A DNA stretch of 64,000 nt from Streptosporangiaceae bacterium (GTDB lineage Bacteria > Actinomycetota > Actinomycetes > Streptosporangiales > Streptosporangiaceae): NCBI GenBank assembly GCA_036490755.1, contig DASXDJ010000134.1, positions 46,774 through 110,773 of the forward strand. Reading direction: 5' to 3'. A program made the position numbers and the translations under genes. A model generated the notes under the pieces. It did not search any database. It was not told the origin of the DNA and was given only the letters and a program-made list of their open reading frames with translations. How positions within the stretch are numbered: position 1 is the stretch's first letter; every line of letters begins with the position of its first letter. This document shows, piece by piece, positions 1 through 11,149 of this stretch.

Positions 1-2
1 AC

Positions 3-323
3 GTCGTCGATGTCACCGTCCTGCGCTGGCCGCACTATGCAGCCGCACCCCTGGCGCACGAGCATGTCACCGACGAGGGCACCAGGGTCGCCAGCCTGGT
101 GAGCAAGTTCCGGCACCCCGTCATCGACAGCACCCTGCTCGACTCGGTGCGGGGGGACATGGCCCCGGGGACCTCAGCGCTGGTCCTGCTCAGCGCCGAC
201 GCGGCGATCGACAATGTGGTCATGGCGTTCCAGGGCCGGGCCATGGAGCTGATCCGCTCCGACCTGTCGGTGCAGCAGCAGGATCAGCTGCGGGCCGCCT
301 TCGGCCAGGCGCCCGGCGCCTAG
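3..323 (+). CDS. DUF1269-like small protein, C-terminal part (5' end outside window)
   Basis: The frame is open from the window edge (VVDVTVLRW...). The tail PGTSALVLLSADAAIDNVVMAFQGRAMELIRSDLSVQQQDQLRAAF resembles the C-terminal module of DUF1269 proteins. GC3 is high. Confidence 0.45.
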   Translation, partial: VVDVTVLRWPHYAAAPLAHEHVTDEGTRVASLVSKFRHPVIDSTLLDSVRGDMAPGTSALVLLSADAAIDNVVMAFQGRAMELIRSDLSVQQQDQLRAAFGQAPGA

Positions 324-467
324 CGCAGGTTACTGATCAGCGCCGCCCGGCCCGGGAGCCGGGGCCGGGCGGCGGGAGCAAGCCCGGGCCCGCCAGCATG
401 GCTGGCGGGCCCGGGGTTCTCGGGGACGGAGGAGCGCCGGCAGGCTGCCGGGGCCCGGCGACGGCGG

Positions 468-2576
<2,109 letters not shown>

Positions 2577-3233
2577 TCTGCGTCCTCCAGCCGGAATGGT
2601 TTTCCGCGCGCTGCGGATGCGTAGCGCCGCCGTTGGGTCAGGACTCAGCGCAAAGCCGGGCCCCGGCATAGCTTCCGGGCACAGCACAGCTTAGGGACGC
2701 CTGCCTCAGAAAGGTTGGTACTGGTCGCCCATGACAACCCTGTCATGCTGCCCTCACAACGCTACGGGAGCCTCAATCGTATCGCTGGCGGACAACACCC
2801 AACAGGCCCGTCATGCTGCCGCTGATAACTGCATCGTTCCTGGTAGGACAGGTTGACATCGGCGCGATCGACGGTAAGTTTCTGCCCAGTCCAGCACCGG
2901 GCCAGCCGGCCGGGGGCAACCGCTCAGGCCCCGGCTGGACGGGGGTTGGACCCAGGAGGGGCCCGGGTACCCAGTAGACAACGGAGCGCGATCCCGCTAC
3001 CTGCGGGACGTGACCCCGGTCCGAAGGGTGTCCCGGGCCCTCTTCCTGTCTGGCGCCGGGCCGGCCGCGAGGCCCGCCCGCGCCGCGGGGAGCTGGCACT
3101 GTCATGTAAAGCGGGGGTATGGCGAGTTCATGAACCTGGCCACCGGGGAACCGGCGCGGCCGGCCTGGTCGTTGACCACGCGTGCGCACTTTCCTGCTGC
3201 CCGCCGTGACGTCCGGCGGCTGAGGCAGCCATC

Positions 3234-4007
3234 ATGAGCCCCGACGCAGCCGGCGGCGACGCCGCTGCCAGCCGCCCGGCCGGGCGGCTGGCGGTCATCG
3301 TCCCGACCTACAACGAGCTGGCCAACCTGGAGACCATCATCGGCCGGGTCCGCGCCGCGGTGCCGGCCGCGGACATCCTGGTGGTGGATGACGCCAGCCC
3401 GGACGGGACCGGGGAACTGGCCGACAAGCTGGCTTCCGCTGACGACCACATCCGGGTGCTGCACCGGGCGGGCAAGGCCGGCCTGGGCGCCGCCTACATC
3501 GCCGGGTTCGGCTGGGCGCTGGAGCGCGGCTACGGGACGCTGGTGGAGATGGACGCCGACGGGTCGCATGACCCGGCCGACCTGCCCCGGATGCTGGCCG
3601 CGCTGGAGGACGCCGACCTGGTCATCGGATCGCGCTGGGTGCCCGGCGGCGTGGTGGTCAACTGGCCCCGGTCCCGCCAGCTGCTGTCGCGGGGCGGGAA
3701 CACCTACGCCCGGCTGATGCTCGGCATTGACGTGCACGACGCGACTGGCGGGTTCCGGGCCTACCGGGCGGGCGCGCTGCGGGCGATCGACCTGGACCAG
3801 GTGGAGTCGCAGGGCTACTGCTTCCAGATTGACCTGACGCTGCGCACGATCAGCGCCGGGCTGGCGGTGCGGGAGGTGCCGATCACCTTCACCGAGCGCA
3901 CGCTGGGCGCGAGCAAGATGAGCCGGGCGATCGTGGCCGAGGCGCTGTGGCGGGTAACCCAGTGGGGCCTGCGACGCAGAACAGCGCCCGGCGGGGCCGG
4001 GCGCTGA
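3234..4007 (+). CDS. ppm1: Polyprenol-phosphate mannosyltransferase (GT2, Ppm1/DPM1-like)
   Basis: [13 protein letters not shown]...[11 protein letters not shown]...[10 protein letters not shown]...GGFRAY are classic GT2 dolichol/polyprenol-P-mannose synthase motifs. It is adjacent to rbpA, as in other actinomycetes. Confidence 0.85.
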   Translation: MSPDAAGGDAAASRPAGRLAVIVPTYNELANLETIIGRVRAAVPAADILVVDDASPDGTGELADKLASADDHIRVLHRAGKAGLGAAYIAGFGWALERGYGTLVEMDADGSHDPADLPRMLAALEDADLVIGSRWVPGGVVVNWPRSRQLLSRGGNTYARLMLGIDVHDATGGFRAYRAGALRAIDLDQVESQGYCFQIDLTLRTISAGLAVREVPITFTERTLGASKMSRAIVAEALWRVTQWGLRRRTAPGGAGR

Positions 4008-4035
4008 TCGCAGCTGGTGCTGAGGGTGGCGGGTG

Positions 4036-4416
4036 CTACGCGCTCTTGCGCTGGCGGGACTGATGCGAGCGACCGGGCTGCTCGCCGCGCTCGCCGCGGA
4101 TCACCGCGAGCCGCTCGGCCAGCACTTCCTCCAGGTCGGCGATCGTCCGCCGCTCCATGAGCATGTCCCAGTGGCTGCGCGGCGGCTTGCCCTTCTTCGG
4201 GGCGGGCAGATCCCCGGCCACAGTGACAGCGGTGGCGCCGCAGACCCGGCACTCCCAGTTTGCGGGCAACTCGGCTTCCGCCGAGAAGGGCACCGTGAAC
4301 CGGTGGCCCTTCGGGCAGTCGAAAGCGACCTCCTGACGCGGGGCCAGGTCGGTGTTACGGTCGTTCTCGTAGCTCGTTGCTCCGAGACGGGTGCCCCGAA
4401 GTGCGCGTTCGGCCAT
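4036..4416 (-). CDS. rbpA: RNA polymerase-binding protein RbpA
   Basis: MAERALRGTRLGATSYENDRNTDLAPRQ...PKKGKPPRSHWDMLMERRTIADLEEVL matches the conserved RbpA sequence almost motif for motif. The start is taken at ATG 4416. Confidence 0.9.
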   Translation of the reverse strand: MAERALRGTRLGATSYENDRNTDLAPRQEVAFDCPKGHRFTVPFSAEAELPANWECRVCGATAVTVAGDLPAPKKGKPPRSHWDMLMERRTIADLEEVLAERLAVIRGERGEQPGRSHQSRQRKSA

Positions 4417-4457
4417 AAGTTCCACTGCCTCTCAGGCGCTCAGCCGTCCTACCTAAC

Positions 4458-4483
4458 AACGGTGAGTACGCGAACAAGATTCC
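4458..4483 (-). promoter_or_regulatory. SigR/SigH-type (ECF, thiol-stress) promoter upstream of rbpA
   Basis: The minus strand reads GGAAT-N18-GTT (GGAATcttgttcgcgtactcaccGTT), an exact match to the GGAAT-N18-GTT consensus. It lies about 40 nt upstream of the rbpA start. Confidence 0.5.
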
Positions 4484-4566
4484 CGTCCGGCCCGGGTTCC
4501 AACCCCCGCAGGGGGCCCGATCTGCTTCCGATCTGCCTGCCGCACAAGGGTTCGCAGCCCCGGGGC

Positions 4567-5373
4567 TCACGTGCCTGGTGATTTTCGCCCCGGCAGCGCC
4601 CCTGGCCGCGGGTGCCAGCCGCCCCGGCTCTGCAGGACCTCACGCAACGTGACCGTATTGTCGGTCATAATGCCGTCTGCGCCGAGGTCCAGCAGTCGCG
4701 CCATCTCTGCCGCCTCGTTGACTGTCCAGGCGTGCACCTGCAGGCCGGCGGCGTGGGCGCGGCGCAGGAACCGGGGCGTGACCAGCCCGGCCGGCACCTG
4801 GGCGCAGCCGGTCCCGAGCCGGGCGAACCGCTCGGCCTGCCCCGAGTGCCCGGTGCCGTAGCGGAGCATCGCGATCTCGGCGGGGGAGGTGGCCGTGCAG
4901 ACCGGCCGGTCCAGCAGCCGCCGGACCGCGGCCAGCCGCCGCCCGGAAAAGGAGACCAGGCAGACCCGGTCCCAGGCCGCCGTCCGGCGGACCACCTCGG
5001 CGACCGGCGCGACCGCCGGGTCGTCCTTGATGTCGATGTTGAAGCGCACGTCGGGCCAGGCGCCGATCAGGTCGGCCAGCAGCGGGATGGGCTCGGCGCC
5101 GTCGATCCGGGCCGCGGCCACCTGCGCCCAGGGCAGCCGGGCGATGGCCCCGGCGGCGTCGGTCACCCGGTCCAGGCGCTTGTCATGGAAGGCCACCACC
5201 ACCCCGTCGGCCGTGGCGTGCGCGTCGGTCTCCAGGTAGGCGTAGCCGAGCTCGACGGCGTGCTGGAACGCACGCCAGGAGTTCTCCGGGAAGTGGCCCG
5301 CGCCGCCGCGGTGGGCGAAGGCGAGCGGCCGCGGATGATCCAGGAAGCCCGTCGGCGGGGCGAGGCCAGGCAC
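4567..5373 (-). CDS. Glycerophosphodiester phosphodiesterase family protein
   Basis: FAHRGG...PENSWRAF..A..LGYAYLETDAHATADGVVVAFHD is the GDPD catalytic signature. Confidence 0.8.
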   Translation of the reverse strand: MPGLAPPTGFLDHPRPLAFAHRGGAGHFPENSWRAFQHAVELGYAYLETDAHATADGVVVAFHDKRLDRVTDAAGAIARLPWAQVAAARIDGAEPIPLLADLIGAWPDVRFNIDIKDDPAVAPVAEVVRRTAAWDRVCLVSFSGRRLAAVRRLLDRPVCTATSPAEIAMLRYGTGHSGQAERFARLGTGCAQVPAGLVTPRFLRRAHAAGLQVHAWTVNEAAEMARLLDLGADGIMTDNTVTLREVLQSRGGWHPRPGALPGRKSPGT

Positions 5374-5377
5374 GGCC

Positions 5378-6013
5378 TCAGTATGCCGGCCCGGCCGGGT
5401 CCGCCTCGTGCTGGCCCGCCGGGCCGGCCCCGGGACTGGCCGGCGGCTGGCCGGACCATTCCCGGCGCCGGGCCTCGGCCAGCGCGATGGCCGCCGCGGC
5501 GGCCACGTTCAGCGAGCCCACCCGGCCGGCCTGCGGGATATAGGCCACCGCGTCGGCGGCCGCCAGCAGCCCGGCCGAGCAGCCCCGGTCCTCGTTGCCC
5601 AGGGCCAGGCAGACATCGCCGTCCAGCGGCGCCTCGTGCAGCGGCACGGCGCCGCTGGCCAGCTCCACCGCCACGACGGCCAGCCCGGCCGCGCGGGCCG
5701 CCGCCACCCCGGCCGCCGCGTCGGGCAGTTCCGCCCACGGCAGGTAGCGCCCGGTGCCCAGGGCCGTCTTGCGGGCCGAGGGGTGGTCGGGCGAGGCGCT
5801 GTCCCCGCACAGCCACAGCTGGTCGACGCCGAGCGCGGCCGCCGTCCGGATGATCGAGCCCACGTTGAACGGCTGCCCGACCGACTCCAGGAGCAGGCCG
5901 AGCCGGCCCTGAGTCTGCCGCCGCCAGGACCGGTTGAGCCGCTTCACCTCGGTGGCGCCCAGCTGGCGCGGCCCGGCCGGGGCGCTCGCCCCGGGCTTCC
6001 CGTTACTGGTCAT
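5378..6013 (-). CDS. SpoU/TrmH-family RNA 2'-O-methyltransferase
   Basis: LLLESVGQPFNVGSIIRTAAALGVD...LALGNEDRG...IPQAGRVGSLNVAAAAAIAL are the SPOUT motifs. The start is uncertain (ATG 6013 or 6025); the track start at 6070 overlaps the upstream gene. Confidence 0.75.
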   Translation of the reverse strand: MTSNGKPGASAPAGPRQLGATEVKRLNRSWRRQTQGRLGLLLESVGQPFNVGSIIRTAAALGVDQLWLCGDSASPDHPSARKTALGTGRYLPWAELPDAAAGVAAARAAGLAVVAVELASGAVPLHEAPLDGDVCLALGNEDRGCSAGLLAAADAVAYIPQAGRVGSLNVAAAAAIALAEARRREWSGQPPASPGAGPAGQHEADPAGPAY

Positions 6014-6629
6014 CGCGGGACTCATCCGCCGCGGCCGCCTGGCGGACCCGCAGCACCCGGTACCCGGCACGGGCCGCCACCCGGTCAGCCGCCCAGCCCT
6101 CGCCCGCCAGCCAGCGCTGCAGGGAGTCCGAGCCCAGGTTGCGCTGCACCACCAGGTAGGCGGCGCCGCCGGGCGCCAGCCGGGCCAGCCAGGAGGCGAG
6201 CAGCTCGTGCAGGGCCGCCTTGCCGATCCGGATCGGCGGGTTGGACCAGATCAGCTCGAAGCTGGCGGGCAGGGCCGGGTCGCCGGGCGGCAGGCAGCGG
6301 ACCTGCTGCAGGCCGGCGGCCGCCGCATTGCGGCGGCACAGGTCCAGGGCCCGGCGGTTCACGTCGGTGGCCCACACGGCGGCACCCGGCGCCCGGCTGG
6401 CCAGGGTCAGCGCCAGCGGGCCGTAGCCGCAGCCCAGGTCGAGCAGGTTGCCGGCCGGCGGGGGCGGCGGCGCGGTCTCCAGCAGCAGCCGGGTGCCCGG
6501 GTCCAGGCGGCCCGGCGAGAACACCCCGGCGTCGGTGGCCAGGGCCAGGTGCAGGTCGGGCAGCACGACGTGCACCAGCCCCGGCCGGGACGCGGCCGAG
6601 GGCTGCTCAGCGAAGTACTGGGTGCTCAC
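6003..6629 (-). CDS. Class I SAM-dependent methyltransferase (RsmC/RlmG-like small-domain MTase)
   Basis: GVFSPGRLDPGTRLLLE...LLDLGCGYGPLAL...NPPIRIGK motifs. GTG start at 6629. Confidence 0.75.
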   Translation of the reverse strand: MSTQYFAEQPSAASRPGLVHVVLPDLHLALATDAGVFSPGRLDPGTRLLLETAPPPPPAGNLLDLGCGYGPLALTLASRAPGAAVWATDVNRRALDLCRRNAAAAGLQQVRCLPPGDPALPASFELIWSNPPIRIGKAALHELLASWLARLAPGGAAYLVVQRNLGSDSLQRWLAGEGWAADRVAARAGYRVLRVRQAAAADESRDDQ

Positions 6630-6972
6630 GCGGGGACACTCCGGCGGCGGCCAGCGCCGGCTCGATGTAGCTGCGGCTCACCCAGCGCTCGACCACGAAG
6701 GTCAGGATCGGGATGGTGCCGGCCAGCAGCACGATCACCGTGCGCGGGCTGGCAACCGGCATCCGGACCGCGCGGGTCATCGCGAAGGCGACCAGGACGT
6801 ACACGATGTACAGGAACCCGTGCGCGGTGCCGACGTAGCGGACCAAGAACAGGTTACTGGCCCACAGCTGCAGCGGGATGCCGACAAAGACCAGCACCAT
6901 CAGCACCACGCCGGTCACGTAGGCCATGACCCGGTAAGCGCGCACCACTAGCAGGAGCGTGTCTGCACGCAC
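6607..6972 (-). CDS. DUF3817-like integral membrane protein
   Basis: Three or four hydrophobic helices. The YRVMAYVTGVVLMVLVFVGIPLQ pattern is typical of DUF3817. Confidence 0.6.
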   Translation of the reverse strand: MRADTLLLVVRAYRVMAYVTGVVLMVLVFVGIPLQLWASNLFLVRYVGTAHGFLYIVYVLVAFAMTRAVRMPVASPRTVIVLLAGTIPILTFVVERWVSRSYIEPALAAAGVSPREHPVLR

Positions 6973-7063
6973 CAGGACCTCCTTCTGCGAACGTGAGCCC
7001 GCCCGGGCGGGCCGGCGCCGGCGGTCCGGGCGGCCGGCGGTGCTCGCCAGCCGGGCCGGGTGC

Positions 7064-7501
7064 CTAGCCCGGCCCCGGCCGCCGGACCTGCTCCCGGCCC
7101 TGCTTGCTCAGCTGGGCCAGGTAGGCGTTGTACTCGTCGAGCTCGGGGTCATCGTCATCCTCGCCGGCTGCGTCCGCGGCCGGCCTGCCCGCCCGGCGCA
7201 GCGCGGTCAGCGGCAGCCCGGCCGCCGGGTCAGCAGCCAGCCCCGCGTCCGCGTCCGCGGGCGCCGTCGGCCGGGCCTCGTCCCAGATGGTCTTCGCCCA
7301 GAAGACCAGGCCGAACGCGGAGAAGACCGGCCACTCAAAGGTATAGGCCCAGCTCAGCGCATTCCCGTCCACGGCACGGTCCCACTGCCACTTGCCCAGC
7401 CACAGCATGCCCAGCACGGCCACGGCCGTGAACGCATGCCAGGCGAGCCACCTGGGGGTAATCACGAACCGCCAACGCGATCGTGCCGCAGCGCCGGACA
7501 T
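7064..7501 (-). CDS. Membrane protein, unknown function
   Basis: Two predicted TM helices (WLAWHAFTAVAVLGMLWLG, WPVFSAFGLVFWA) followed by an acidic tail. GC3 is high. Confidence 0.5.
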   Translation of the reverse strand: MSGAAARSRWRFVITPRWLAWHAFTAVAVLGMLWLGKWQWDRAVDGNALSWAYTFEWPVFSAFGLVFWAKTIWDEARPTAPADADAGLAADPAAGLPLTALRRAGRPAADAAGEDDDDPELDEYNAYLAQLSKQGREQVRRPGPG

Positions 7502-7671
7502 GCCCCGAGCCTAGCGCTGCTGCGCAAGCACAACGCGCGCAGGCTCGCGCGGACGGTCCGCGGACATCCCATCCAAAACGAGGCAGAGCCGGGGCAGCGG
7601 CCGCATCATTACGCGGAGCAACAGGCGAGTCACGCCGCGAGACCGGTCCGGGGTCGGTGATAATCGGTCGC

Positions 7672-8052
7672 ATGTCTCTAGCTGAACTGCTCTCGGGCCG
7701 GCTCGGCCGTGCCGCCCGGCTGCCCGACCGGCTCGAGGAGCTGCGCGGGCCGGCCAGGGGGGTCGTCGTGCTGCCGCGGCACCTGTCCTGGCCGGGCATG
7801 CGCGAGTTCGACGTGACCGACGACAGCACCCGGCGCAGCATGTACGGCATCGTGCTGACCCAGGGCCAGCGCAACGACATGATGCGGTTCCTCAACCCGG
7901 ACCTGCTGCGCGCCGACTGGCCGCAGATCCGGGGCGCGCTCGACCCCCGGCTGCGGCGCTGCTGCGAGCGGCGTTTCGCGCTGGCCGGGCCGGCCGCCCC
8001 GGCCGGGGCTGACCAGGTCACGGTCAGCGGCCGGGCCGGGGCGGGGCGCTAG
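7672..8052 (+). CDS. Hypothetical protein
   Basis: ATG at 7672 (MSLAELLSGR...) gives a protein-like sequence (MYGIVLTQGQRNDMMRFLNPDLL). The upstream part of the track ORF is Arg/Ala junk. No family recognised. Confidence 0.45.
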   Translation: MSLAELLSGRLGRAARLPDRLEELRGPARGVVVLPRHLSWPGMREFDVTDDSTRRSMYGIVLTQGQRNDMMRFLNPDLLRADWPQIRGALDPRLRRCCERRFALAGPAAPAGADQVTVSGRAGAGR

Positions 8053-8086
8053 CCGCTCCGGCGATGTCCCGGAGCTGCCGGCCGGG

Positions 8087-8972
8087 TCAGGGCGTCCACA
8101 GGATGTCGGCGCTGTGGCGCTGATACTCATGGACATGCTGCATTCCTGGTCGAAGACCTCGTGCTGGAAGGCCGGGGTAGCCGGGGCCGCGCTGTGGGTG
8201 TCGATGGCGATGCTCCGGAAGACGCCGTGGTGGTTGGCGAACAGCATGTTGCAGCCCGAGGCCCCGCAGGACTCCAGCACGCCGCCCTGGGCGCTGACAT
8301 AAGCCGGCGAGCTCACGACGCTGATGCTGGAGACATTGCCGTTATTGGTGTCGGTTGTCTTGATGGCCCAGGTGCAGCCGCCGCCGGAGGAGCTGCAGCT
8401 GCTCGCGGTCATCGCGCCCGCGATCGTGTCGCCGGGAGTTTCCCGGTACAGGTAGCCGGCCGCCACGTTGTTGGCGCCCAGACGTAGTAGGAGTCCATCC
8501 ACATGAAGTTCCCGCCGATGGCCCCGGTGCTCGGCGTGCCGCTGGCCGCGGTCGAGCCGTAGCCGGTGACGGGCTGGATGATGGAATCACCGGCGGCGTC
8601 CTCGAACGAGGAGAACAGGTAAGTCGGTGGCGCCGCTCACCGTCGGTGCCGTGGGCAGGGCATACCGGACCGACAGCGAGGTCAGCCACGTCGGGGCGTT
8701 CCACCAGGAGGCCTGCAGCCAGCCGTTCGTGGTGGGGGCCACGGCCCGCCGGGCCTGCGCGCGGGCCTGCCCGGGACGGATCAGCCGCGGGTAGCGGCAG
8801 GACGCGAAGGACCGGACCGCGCCAGAAGCCAGGACGATCTTGTTGGCCCGCCGGCCCTGACTGCAGCCGCGCGGCCGGACGGGCGCGTGGCGGCATTCGC
8901 TGAGGTTTAGGCCAGGGCGGCTGCCCCGGCGCAGGTGACCAGAAGGAGAAACAGGGCTAAAACTCGCTTCAC
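8087..8972 (-). pseudogene. Disrupted gene for a secreted protein (signal peptide plus Cys/Gly/Ser-rich body), with several frame changes
   Basis: GGAGG plus GTG at 8972 encodes VKRVLALFLLLVTCAGAAALA, followed immediately by TAA (8907-8909). High-GC3 coding then continues in other frames: ...TTNGWLQASWWNAPTWLTSLSVRYALP..., then YLFSSFEDAAGDSIIQPVTGYG..., then GANNVAAGYLYRETPGD...CSSSGGGCTWAIKTTD... Confidence 0.5.
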
Positions 8973-9121
8973 GTGCAGCCTCCGGCTATCCGGAATAGGT
9001 CAGGCGCACGCTAACAATTAATTATCCGTAAATCGAGGATCTTGTCCCTCTATCAGACGGACATGAAAATGGTCAGATCGGTCGCCTGCCAGGTTTCGGC
9101 GAGCCGAATACCGGACAACGG

Positions 9122-10309
9122 CTAGCCGCGATGAGGGCGCGGGATAGCGGCGAAGCGCTCGTCGACCTCCTCGCCGGTCAGGCCGAAGTCGGCCAGCCGG
9201 TACCGGTGCGCGGCGCCGGGCCCGCCCCGGCCGCCGCGCTCGGGCCGGGCGCGCATGGCGTCGGCGGCCGCGCCGCTCAGCGGGATCCCGAACCGGGCGT
9301 AGACCGACTCGGCCACCGCGACCGGATCGGCCGCGAACTGGTCGTAGTCCACGTCGTGGAACCGCGCCGGGTCGTGCCGGGCCCGGGCGGCGGTGAACCG
9401 CTCCAGGCCCAGCGCCCACAGCTCCAGCTGGTCGCGGCCGATGACCGCGCCGGAGAACCGGTCCGACCAGCCCGCGGTGGCCTGCGCGGCGAGGCTGCAG
9501 ACCGAGGCAATCGCGGCCCGCGGCGCGCGGTGGGTCTGGATGATCAGCGCGCCGGGATAGACGGCCAGCAGTTCCTCCAGCGCGAACAGGTGGCTCGGGT
9601 TCTTCAGGATCCACCGCCGCCCGGCATCGGGCAGCCCGATCAGCTGCAGGTTGCGGCGGTGCCGCCGGTAGGCCGCGGTCCAGTCCTGGCCGCGCAGCCA
9701 GCGCGAGTAGGCCGGCAGGTGCGCCAGGCACTCAAACGACACCGACCGCATCGACTGGCGCAGCAGCTGCCAGCACTCCTCGACCTGATCGGCGGCGAGG
9801 TAGTGCACGCCCGCGAACTCCGGGTGCGCGGCGTGGTGGCGCTCGCAGCCGGCCTGGACATGGCGGAACACCGGATGGCCGGCCCAGGTGCCAGCAGGCG
9901 GGCGCGGCTGCGGCGCCTCGGCCAGCCACAGCTGCAGTCCCTGGTGGGCCGGGTCGGCGGTGAGCATCCGGTGCAGCGCCGTGGTCCCGGTCCGGGGCAG
10001 CCCGGTCACGAATACCGGCGCCTCGATGGCAACTGCGGCATGCGCGGGGTAACGGTGCCAGGCGGCCTGGCTCAGCAGCCGGGCGGCCAGCGCGCCGCGC
10101 AGCAGCAGCCGGGCCTGCTTGCGGCCGGCCGGGGTCAGGTCAGCGTCGCTGGCGTAGGAGTCCAGCAGCACGGCCAGGCCCTCGGCGTAGCCGTCGGCGT
10201 GCGGGTCACCGGGCGCCTCGCCGGGTCCGAAGTCGGCCAGGCCGGTCAGCCGGGCGGCTGAGGCGTGCAGGCCGGCGACGGTGCCGACGGTGGTCCGCTC
10301 GCTGCTCAC
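9122..10309 (-). CDS. Sulfotransferase-family protein
   Basis: FVTGLPRTGTTALHRML is the PAPS 5'-phosphosulfate-binding loop, and the overall sulfotransferase-fold layout fits. Start taken at GTG 10309, just after the SDR stop. Confidence 0.7.
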   Translation of the reverse strand: MSSERTTVGTVAGLHASAARLTGLADFGPGEAPGDPHADGYAEGLAVLLDSYASDADLTPAGRKQARLLLRGALAARLLSQAAWHRYPAHAAVAIEAPVFVTGLPRTGTTALHRMLTADPAHQGLQLWLAEAPQPRPPAGTWAGHPVFRHVQAGCERHHAAHPEFAGVHYLAADQVEECWQLLRQSMRSVSFECLAHLPAYSRWLRGQDWTAAYRRHRRNLQLIGLPDAGRRWILKNPSHLFALEELLAVYPGALIIQTHRAPRAAIASVCSLAAQATAGWSDRFSGAVIGRDQLELWALGLERFTAARARHDPARFHDVDYDQFAADPVAVAESVYARFGIPLSGAAADAMRARPERGGRGGPGAAHRYRLADFGLTGEEVDERFAAIPRPHRG

Positions 10310-10329
10310 CGGAATCCAGCTCACCGGGC

Positions 10330-11139
10330 TCAGTGGTGGTAGTCGCCGCAGTTGACGTCCAGGCACTGGCCGGTGACGGCCCGGGCCAGCGGGGAGGCCA
10401 GGAACACCACCGCGTCGGCGATCTCGTCGGGCTCGGGCAGCCGCCGCAGGTCCAGGCCCGCCGCCGTCTCGTCGTAGATCTGCTCCGCGCTCACCCCGCG
10501 GCGCTGGCCCAGGTAGCCGTAGTACCAGCGCAGCGACGGGCCCCAGATGTGGCCGGGGGCGACCGAGTTGACCCGGATCCCGTCCGGGCCCAGCTCGGCG
10601 GCCAGCGTCTGGGCCAGCGCGAGCATGGCCGCCTTGGCCATCTTGTACGGCCCGAACGCGGGCTGGGAGTAGCGCACCACCATGGAATTGATCATCACCA
10701 CCGAGCCGCCCGTCGCGGCCAGCGCGGGCGTCAGCAGCCGGGTCAGCCGCAGCGCGGCCACCGCGTTGTCGTCCAGCCCGGCGCGGACCGCGGCCAGGTC
10801 GACCGCGGCCAGGCGGGCGATCGGCGGCATGGCCAGCGCGTTGTAGACCAGGGCGTCCACCCGGCCGAACGCCCCGGTCGCGGCCTCGGCCAGGCTCGCC
10901 GCCGCGGCATCGTCGGTGACGTCGGCCGGGATCGCCGCGGCGCGCCGGCCCAGCGCGGCGACCTCCTTCGCGATGTCGGCCAGCCGGGACGCGGTGCGGG
11001 CGGCCAGCACGACGTCCGCGCCGGCCATCGCGCTGCGCAGCGCGATCGCCCGGCCCAGGCCCGGCCCGGTCCCGGCGACAACCACGACCTTGTCCTGCAG
11101 CAGCCCGGCCGGGCCCGGCTGCGTCGTGCCGTCGGGCAT
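10330..11139 (-). CDS. SDR-family oxidoreductase
   Basis: VVVVAGTGPGLGRA (TGxxxGxG), NSMV...YKMAKAA (YxxxK) and an SDR C-terminus. Confidence 0.85.
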   Translation of the reverse strand: MPDGTTQPGPAGLLQDKVVVVAGTGPGLGRAIALRSAMAGADVVLAARTASRLADIAKEVAALGRRAAAIPADVTDDAAAASLAEAATGAFGRVDALVYNALAMPPIARLAAVDLAAVRAGLDDNAVAALRLTRLLTPALAATGGSVVMINSMVVRYSQPAFGPYKMAKAAMLALAQTLAAELGPDGIRVNSVAPGHIWGPSLRWYYGYLGQRRGVSAEQIYDETAAGLDLRRLPEPDEIADAVVFLASPLARAVTGQCLDVNCGDYHH

Positions 11140-11149
11140 GGTGCCTCCC

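Noticed and set aside
4612-6929. Plus-strand ORFs of 413, 420 and 331 aa (4612..5853, 5408..6670, 5934..6929)
   Set aside because: They are antisense to the GDPD, SpoU and methyltransferase genes, and their sequences are low-complexity PRG-rich strings.
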